Assembly (NCBI GenBank): GCA_013416795.1
Contig: RQSC01000010.1
Span: 363,171 to 427,170 of the forward strand
Reading direction: 5' to 3'
Source of the DNA: Prasinococcaceae sp. CCMP 1430
Taxonomy: Eukaryota > Plantae > Prasinodermophyta
DNA: 64,000 nucleotides
Below, piece after piece: positions 56,879 to 64,000 of this stretch. The notes beneath the pieces were generated by a model. The model saw only the letters and a list, made by a program, of their open reading frames with translations, did not search any database and was not told the origin of the DNA. A program made the translations under genes and the position numbers. Position 1 is the first letter of the stretch; every line of letters starts with the position of its first letter.

Positions 56879-57655
56879 GGCGGGTAGCGGGAATCGAACC
56901 CGCACCATTAGCTTGGAAGGCTATGAGTTATAGTCGTTGCTCATGATCAGCAACTCTATTCCAGAACCGGACGTGAGAGATTTCTTCTCATCCGGCTCCT
57001 CTGTCAGAAGCCAGAGACTGCAATTAATGTCTAGTCGAAAAAAAACAGTTTCTAGTTCCTTACAGCATCTACGTTGGCTTATTTACTTCCTAAGTGCTGG
57101 AAATAGCTTGCCTCTTAGATGATCCCTGTACGGTTTAGATATTCTTAATAGTCCCTTGCAATAGGGCATGCATTTTAGAGCTCTGAAGACCGCACTTATT
57201 TCGTTCCTTGTCTCTGTAATTGACCGTCTTTAGGGATGCTGCTTTTTTCCGGGCTGATAAAGGATGCACGATAACTTGGTAGACCAAGCTATTCCTGGTG
57301 TATAGCCCTGTAGTCTCCTGAAAGCAATCCTGACAGAGAGAGCCTAGTTACGGAAAATACCGTATGGGCTTTTCTACCCATAGACTTATTGGCCGCTGAT
57401 CAAGTAGCTGTCTTGGCAAAAGACTAGCTGTCCATAATCTGAAATCTCGCTTTAGATTAGAGTAGTGCTTCAAGTTGTCTCCAAACTCTCACTCTTATTC
57501 TAGAGATTTGGCCTTTCCTGTGGCATTAGCAGGAGTAGGTGTAAACCTACACAGAGAAAAAATTTCCAGGACTTAGTCCTGGTCACACTACCAGAACCTC
57601 TAACTAGAAAAGGTAGTACGAACGAATCACACTTCTACCACTAAACTATACCCGC
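56879..57655 (-). tRNA. trnG-UCC: tRNA-Gly(UCC), join(57655..57633,56926..56879), with group II intron 56927-57632
   Basis: Exon 1 GCGGGTATAGTTTAGTGGTAGAA then GTGTG; domain V GAGCCGGATGAG...ACGTCCGGTTC; ends CTATAAC; exon 2 TAGC-CTTCCAA-GCTA. Confidence 0.95.
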
Positions 57656-58229
57656 TCAACAAAGTATATTACAGAATGGCTGTAGATGCAATTCTAAATC
57701 TTCCGACATATATATATATATATTGCTGAAAATTGGCTAGCCTAAATCTAAGCCCCGGGATTGCTTAGAAGAGCGGAGCAAAAAGCTTATTTCTTTTCAA
57801 AAGCCTTGGGAGGGATGCTTTTTGGCAGTAAAGAACCTACAAAATGGTTAAGTATTTACTCTCAACATCTTTTTAAAAAAAAAGATATTGAGATATCTTG
57901 AAAAAAAGCTAGGTTAGGTTTCTATGGCTTTTTAAAAGCCCAGAATTATGTGACTTATCAACTGAGACTGAGTTGTGAGAGAATGCGTATGAAGGTTTTT
58001 TATAAAACAAAACATTAAGTCTCAAATTCAGACTGGCAGGGACCTCCGAAAATGTTCTTGTCATCTGATAACCGTGGCAAAGTGGTGCGCAACGCCCGTA
58101 TCAACCCTGCCCTCTTTGCCACAGTCCGTTTCCCAGAAAGTGCAAGCGTAGGGCGACCTCAGCCACTTTCTCCTAAGCACGCTTTCTCGGCTCCAGCCCT
58201 GGCAGAAGATTTTTCAGGAGGCTATTATC

Positions 58230-58322
58230 ATGTTTGAAAGAATTAGGCTAAAGCTGGTAGCCCTTGAAAAGACGCTAATCTTTCTGTCCAAAGCCACGAG
58301 TAAGCCCCCCCATAGAGCCTAG
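58230..58322 (+). CDS. Small hypothetical ORF (30 aa) with strong SD
   Basis: AGGAGG (58216-58221) then ATG; MFERIRLKLVALEKTLIFLSKATSKPPHRA. Confidence 0.3.
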   Translation: MFERIRLKLVALEKTLIFLSKATSKPPHRA

Positions 58323-58350
58323 AATATTCTATTTACTTACTGGAGGTCCA

Positions 58351-58920
58351 ATGGCACAGAATAATATCATACCCGGTGCTAGAAATCAAATGGCGCCGGT
58401 TTTGCTGAGTATGCACGATTTCGAAAAATATGGGCCAGAGCTTCCTGCGGTGGCTAAGCCTGGGGAAAAAGGGATTGAAATATCGGCTAGATTGGATGGT
58501 CAAATCTGTTGCATGGTGGTGTTAGCGGTCCTTTCTTATCAGTGTGAGCTCTCTGAACAGAACTTCCAAGCTTGCCTTCGCAAGAACTATGGCAGTAACT
58601 CTGCCAAACAATGCTCTGATCTGGAAAAAGTGATGTATCGATCTCGACTGGTTTTTCATTCGCTTATTCAGTCCAAAGAATGGCAATCCACCATGGGGGC
58701 GGAGAAAGAACAGCTTTGGTCCCAGGGGGAACGCTGGCCGTTATCTAAGTATGAGAAGAAGCTCTCTATCCCACCTGAGGAGAGGGTGAAGGAGGATGAA
58801 AGCCAGGCAGTGTACGTGAAACTCGGTGACCGCTATTTAAGGACATACTGTAACTGGATTCAGCATTGTGATTGTTGGGCAGAGCTTCGCGAAGCATCTG
58901 CTCTTTCTGCTGGGCTATGA
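58351..58920 (+). CDS. Hypothetical protein, 189 aa, not a recognised plastid gene
   Basis: Intact ORF with GGAGG SD at 58342-58346 and soluble-protein-like composition. Confidence 0.6.
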   Translation: MAQNNIIPGARNQMAPVLLSMHDFEKYGPELPAVAKPGEKGIEISARLDGQICCMVVLAVLSYQCELSEQNFQACLRKNYGSNSAKQCSDLEKVMYRSRLVFHSLIQSKEWQSTMGAEKEQLWSQGERWPLSKYEKKLSIPPEERVKEDESQAVYVKLGDRYLRTYCNWIQHCDCWAELREASALSAGL

Positions 58921-58936
58921 CTTCAGACTTTCTGTG

Positions 58937-59607
58937 ATGCATGATTCATTTGCCCCTGGCGCTAAGGTCGATGTGCCGTGTGCGCTACGAATAGCTTTGT
59001 CTGTTTGTTTGCTCATCAACCAAGATTTTCGAGTCATTGAAGGACTTAAGAAAATGAATAGTAATAGTATGGATGACCGGAACGACTGGCGGCCAGAGCC
59101 TGTCTTTATCCCACACCCTATCGTGAAAGCTGCTCAGATTATAGAAGGAGCATAGAAGTGGAAGTGGTGTTAACCGCTGAATTGTTTTGGCTTGACTATA
59201 GCATCTAAGTTGGGACTTGGTCTTTAATGCGCGGAGTCTGGACTATAAAGAAGGTCAACAGTGGTCTGGCTTCGGTTTAACAGAATTGGAATTGTTCTTG
59301 GATAGCCTGACCCCAGACGAAAGGCTAAGAATCTACATGACCCGAGAAAGACTGTTGCACTTCCTAGCTATAAAGTCTGCCTGCTATCCATCGGTATCAT
59401 TCATCTCCTCAGGAAGACTAGAAATCTGTTTGGTCCATTTTGCTTGAAGGATCTATCCTGACAGAACCAGGACAAGAGATAGCTGAAGACATGTTGGGTC
59501 GCGAGAATACAGACTCCTATATCCAGATGGCTAAAAGCTACCTAGACAGTTTGCCGTGGTCAAAAACGGACCCAGAGCTCCAGATGACAGTTGTGACTTG
59601 CACATAA
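58937..59607 (+). pseudogene. Possible fragmented foreign ORF(s) downstream of ORF189
   Basis: Successive co-oriented protein-like frames broken by stops and frameshifts (…AAQIIEG / IEVEVVLTAELFWLDY / LVFNARSLDY…LVHFA / GSILTEPGQEIAEDMLG…VVTCT). Confidence 0.35.
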
Positions 59608-59645
59608 CCGCCTGGGTGGGTTTTGCCGGAGCGCTACCCGGGAAT

Positions 59646-59676
59646 CCAAACACGCCCAGATTGGGCGTGCGTTTGG
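59646..59676 (-). terminator. Stem-loop 3' of atpA (could act in both directions)
   Basis: CCAAACACGCCCA-GAT-TGGGCGTGCGTTTGG. Confidence 0.65.
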
Positions 59677-59699
59677 GGGAAAATAGTTTATTTAGCAGA

Positions 59700-61241
59700 T
59701 TAGGCTACTACAGTTTTTTCTGCTTCTGCTTGCTGTAAAAAAACTTTTGTATATTGCTGAATAGCGGCTTTTAATGTCGACTGAGCCTCTGGGGTGAGGG
59801 TTTTTGTGGAGCGAATGATCTCTCCAAACTCGGGTTGGCTGCTAGCTATGTGTTCTCGGAGCTGGGTTAGAAATTTTCTGACCTGTCCAACCTCCAAAAC
59901 ATCGAGGTAACCATTGACACCGGTAAAAATAGTAGCTACTTGAGCTTCAATCACTAAAGGAGCTGCTTGAGCTTGCTTTAAGAGTTCACGAAGACGTTGT
60001 CCTCGTGCTAATTGGTTTTGAGTAGTTTTGTCTAGATCAGAAGCGAACTGCGCAAAGGCTTCCAATTCCGCAAATTGAGCAAGCTCAAGTTTGAGCTTAC
60101 CAGCCACCTGCTTCATAGCTTTAATTTGAGCCGCGGATCCAACTCGAGAAACCGAAATGCCTACATTAATGGCCGGACGAATTCCAGCATTGAACAAATC
60201 TGCTGAAAGGAAAATTTGTCCATCGGTGATCGAAATAACATTGGTAGGAATATATGCCGAGACATCACCAGCTTGAGTTTCGACAATAGGTAAAGCAGTC
60301 ATGCTGCCCTCCCCTAGCTGAGTGCTTAACTTGGCAGCTCTTTCAAGTAAGCGAGAGTGGAGATAGAATACATCTCCCGGATAAGCTTCACGACCTGGTG
60401 GACGTCGCAAAAGCAAAGACATTTGACGGTATGCTTGAGCCTGTTTGGAAAGGTCATCATAAACGACCAAGGTGTGTTGGCCCCGATACATGAAATACTC
60501 GGCTAAAGCTGCTCCGGTGTAAGGAGCCAGGTATTGTAGGGTAGCTGGTGCATTTGCGGTCTCAGCTACGACAATTGTGTACTCCATGGCTCCACGTTCT
60601 TCGAAGGTATTGACTACTTGAGCCACAGAAGAAGCTTTTTGACCAATAGCTACATAAACACAAACTACTTGTTGCCCTTTTTGGTTTAAGATTGTATCTG
60701 TAGCTACTGCAGTTTTCCCAGTTTGCCTATCTCCAATAATGAGTTCACGCTGTCCGCGCCCAATTGGAATCATAGCATCAATAGCAATTAGACCTGTTTG
60801 CATAGGTTCATATACCGAGCGCCTGGAAATAATCCCAGGTGCAGGGGACTCGATGAGCCGGAATTCCGTTGCAGCAATGTCACCTTTGCCGTCAATGGGA
60901 CGAGCAAGAGCATTGACTACCCGTCCTAAGTATCCTTCGCTGACAGGAATTTGAGCAATTTTCCCAGTAGCCTTGACCGAGCTTCCCTCTTGAATGGTGA
61001 GGCCGTCACCCATTAGCACGGCGCCGACATTGTCTGATTCTAAGTTCAAAGCAATGCCCACTGTACCATCCGCAAACTCAAGCAGCTCTCCTGCCATGAC
61101 TTTATCAAGGCCGTAGATTCGAGCAATTCCATCTCCTACTTGTAGTACGGTACCAATATTAAGGACCTTCACTTCCTGGGTATATTGCTCAATTTGTTTG
61201 CGAATGATGCTGCTTATCTCATCGGGTCGGATGTTTACCAT
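59700..61241 (-). CDS. atpA: ATP synthase CF1 alpha subunit
   Basis: GDRQTGKT Walker A; [21 protein letters not shown]. Confidence 0.99.
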   Translation of the reverse strand: MVNIRPDEISSIIRKQIEQYTQEVKVLNIGTVLQVGDGIARIYGLDKVMAGELLEFADGTVGIALNLESDNVGAVLMGDGLTIQEGSSVKATGKIAQIPVSEGYLGRVVNALARPIDGKGDIAATEFRLIESPAPGIISRRSVYEPMQTGLIAIDAMIPIGRGQRELIIGDRQTGKTAVATDTILNQKGQQVVCVYVAIGQKASSVAQVVNTFEERGAMEYTIVVAETANAPATLQYLAPYTGAALAEYFMYRGQHTLVVYDDLSKQAQAYRQMSLLLRRPPGREAYPGDVFYLHSRLLERAAKLSTQLGEGSMTALPIVETQAGDVSAYIPTNVISITDGQIFLSADLFNAGIRPAINVGISVSRVGSAAQIKAMKQVAGKLKLELAQFAELEAFAQFASDLDKTTQNQLARGQRLRELLKQAQAAPLVIEAQVATIFTGVNGYLDVLEVGQVRKFLTQLREHIASSQPEFGEIIRSTKTLTPEAQSTLKAAIQQYTKVFLQQAEAEKTVVA

Positions 61242-61285
61242 GTAGGTCCAGCGGCAAAGGGGGGGAAGGATAGCAGCTGAATTTA

Positions 61286-62497
61286 CTAATCAGCCTGACT
61301 CTGCATGGTCTTGAGAAGGCTAATATGATAGTCGATCATCTGTGTTTGCACTGATCCATGAAGGCGTGTGCTCAATGCATCCAAGGCTTCTTTCAGTGCT
61401 GAACGTGAGGCCTCTTGGCGCAGTTCCTCAATAATTCTTTGTTCATTCAAACAAAGCGTAGCATTCTTATAGTCATCCAAGCGCTTAGATTTTTCCGCAG
61501 CTTCTTCGATAAGCTCTTGTTTTGCTCGTTCCCTTTGCGAAAAGCCATTTAAACGAATTTCTTCAGCTTCGGCCTGAGCCTGCTGTAAAAAAGCTCGCTT
61601 CTGTTGAAGTTGTTCTATGGTTTCCTGATACCTTTTTTCGGCATTTTGAATCGTATTTAGAATTTCGTCTCTGCGGTTGTCTAAGAGAGTCGTCAATGAA
61701 AGTAGATGGTCTCGGCTCCCTGTCACCATCCTTGGGCCGGTCACCTCTTCCCGAACCGGACATGAGCTTTTCAACTCATCCGGCTCTCCTGTCCAGCGCT
61801 AGACCGAAATTAGGCCAAAGACCTGAACTGCTTGGTCGTTTTCTCGGTTTAGCGCTGGACCTGCCCTTCATACCAACAGAAGGGGCTCTTCTAACAATCC
61901 CTTAGGATTGCCAGACTGACCAGTAGCCTTGAATCACTTGCTTGGCGTCAAGGTCGCTTATTCAGTACGTGCCCAGCTCAAAGATGGGTATTGGAAGATC
62001 CTGGCTAGAGTCACACCGCTTTTCTTTTGAAGTGGCAGTAGTGACCGGCATAGCTGATGCGAGTGTTTAGCAGCAGCCAGATCTACGCCTATGCTTTAAG
62101 AATCCTAAAAAAGCATAGAGGGCTTCGGGAACCCCAGCAGTACTTAAGCTTTAGACAATTCAGTCTTGACCATGATAGCCTCTTTCTCTCACTAGGTATT
62201 GCAGAGCATCTACGCTCGGACCCAGCTGTCCCGACATGCGCATGTCCTCCCAAAAAAAATCTTTGCGAGTAAGTCGAAGCGATTATGCACTAGCCTGCCA
62301 GAGTGCAATCGGCTTGCTTGCCGATAATGTCATTCAAATCCTTAGCCCGCACACACTCCCCTACCAAAATAGACCAACACGCCAATTACGACTGCCAAAT
62401 TAAACAAATTGGTATCTAAAAGATTAGTGTTTAGGCCAAAGCCTGCTGCTAGACACTTCCAAGATAATGGCATCATCAAGCCAGACGTACTGTTCAT
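61286..62497 (-). CDS. atpF: ATP synthase CF0 subunit I, join(62497..62353,61695..61286), with group II intron 61696-62352
   Basis: 145-nt exon 1 ([29 protein letters not shown]) then GTGCG; domain V GAGCCGGATGAG...GTCCGGTTC; ends CTTTCAT. Confidence 0.95.
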
Positions 62498-62791
62498 ACT
62501 CTCCCTCCCATAGATTGTCCCTCTCCCGTTCAGCAGGGCCACTTTTGGCCCTGGATAGGGTTCTGTCTTTTAGCTATTAGCTCAAACATGTTTTTTTTGT
62601 TAGGGCAAATTGGCACGCTTACGGAAAGGCGTCCAACCTGCCCACATCTGCACTTCTTTTATACCAGTCATTAGCTTGATGCAATCATCACCATAACTAA
62701 ACAAAGGTGGTAGATAGATCTAGCCATACCAGGCTAGTGCTAAGAAAAAAGAGGTAGAAGCACCACGAATTATAAGGGTCTGTAATGCTAT

Positions 62792-63052
<261 letters not shown>

Positions 63053-63499
63053 CTAAAATTATAAATAGCAGCACTTGACTGGCCATCTGCCTCCTTAAAT
63101 ACCAGGAGGTGCAGAATTAGGCCTTTATGGATTCACATCAAAAACAGTTTTTTACATCACAAGAGCATTGCCCTTCAATCCATATGCTGCCTGGCATTGA
63201 TCGCATGGCCCCTAAGGAGGTCAAGACCACATTTTGACAAGCATCATCTCTTTCGAGCCAGTCTAAGAGAGAACAAGCCCTCGGCTTAAAGGGCTTGGGT
63301 TATTAACTGGGTACAGCGTTCAGAAAGAGTCAACCTCCGAGCACAATGAGCCAGGCATCATGAAGTATTTTAACTAACTCTGTGCTCACTCAAAACTTTT
63401 CTAATATAAGTGTATACAAGAAGCGACTTAACTGTAGAAACAGAAAACATTTTTTTCTATATTCATAGCTGGAGTCTAAAACATGTATTTGAGCTTAGG

Positions 63500-64000
63500 T
63501 TAATGATGTCCTTCCATAGACTCACCAATATACGCAGCAGCTAGAGTGGCAAAGATGAGAGCTTGAATACCGCTTGTAAACAGCCCCAAAAAGATCATCG
63601 GGATAGGCACTACGATAGGCACTAAAGAAATAAGTACGGCAACCACCAATTCATCTGCTAAAATATTTCCAAACAGTCGAAAACTTAAGGAGAGAGGTTT
63701 CGTAAAATCTTCTAAAATATTGATGGGCAGAAGGACTGGGGTAGGTTGAATGTATTTACCAAAGTAGCTTAGGCCTCTTTTGCGCAAACCAGCAGAAAAG
63801 TAAGCTGCCGACGTCATGAGTGCTAGGGCCACAGTGGTATTAATGTCATTGGTTGGTGCAGCCAACTCTCCGTGGGGGAGCTCAATCACTCTCCAAGGAA
63901 AAAGAGCTCCAGACCAGTTGGAAACAAAGATAAAAAGAAAAAGAGTTCCTACAAAGGGAACCCAGGGACGGTATTCTTTCTCTCCAATCTGGGTTTTAGC
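63500..64000 (-). CDS. atpI: ATP synthase CF0 subunit IV, 3' part (5' end off the window)
   Basis: [13 protein letters not shown]; [15 protein letters not shown]; [10 protein letters not shown]. Confidence 0.98.
   Translation of the reverse strand, partial: AKTQIGEKEYRPWVPFVGTLFLFIFVSNWSGALFPWRVIELPHGELAAPTNDINTTVALALMTSAAYFSAGLRKRGLSYFGKYIQPTPVLLPINILEDFTKPLSLSFRLFGNILADELVVAVLISLVPIVVPIPMIFLGLFTSGIQALIFATLAAAYIGESMEGHH

Noticed and set aside
61522-62272. ORFs overlapping the atpF intron
   Set aside because: Short or antisense frames over structured intron sequence; no maturase features

Overview
A 64-kb segment of a streptophyte-algal plastid genome. It most resembles Zygnematophyceae (inference): tilS, chlB, psaM, trnS-CGA and trnR-CCG are present, rps16 and trnA are intronless, rps12 is trans-spliced, clpP has two introns, and gene order is heavily shuffled. 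It is a draft assembly with two N-gaps and one single N. It carries about 45 photosynthesis, translation, ndh and atp genes, 16 tRNAs, 23S and 5S rRNA, ORF-less group II introns and the trnL group I intron. Most notable: (1) ndhB exon 2 is cut off and runs directly into the reverse complement of the first ~327 nt of 16S rRNA, which keeps its own promoter; this is either a chimera or a real rearrangement that gives NdhB an antisense-rRNA-encoded tail. (2) The rRNA operon is split, and trnA-rrl-rrf has its own Prrn-like promoter. (3) A ~1.6-kb block of co-oriented, non-plastid-like ORFs with Shine-Dalgarno sites sits at a rearrangement breakpoint between trnG and atpA. (4) A ~2,700-aa ycf2/ftsH contains a very large acidic repeat expansion. 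(5) trnN has a G1:A72 acceptor mismatch.
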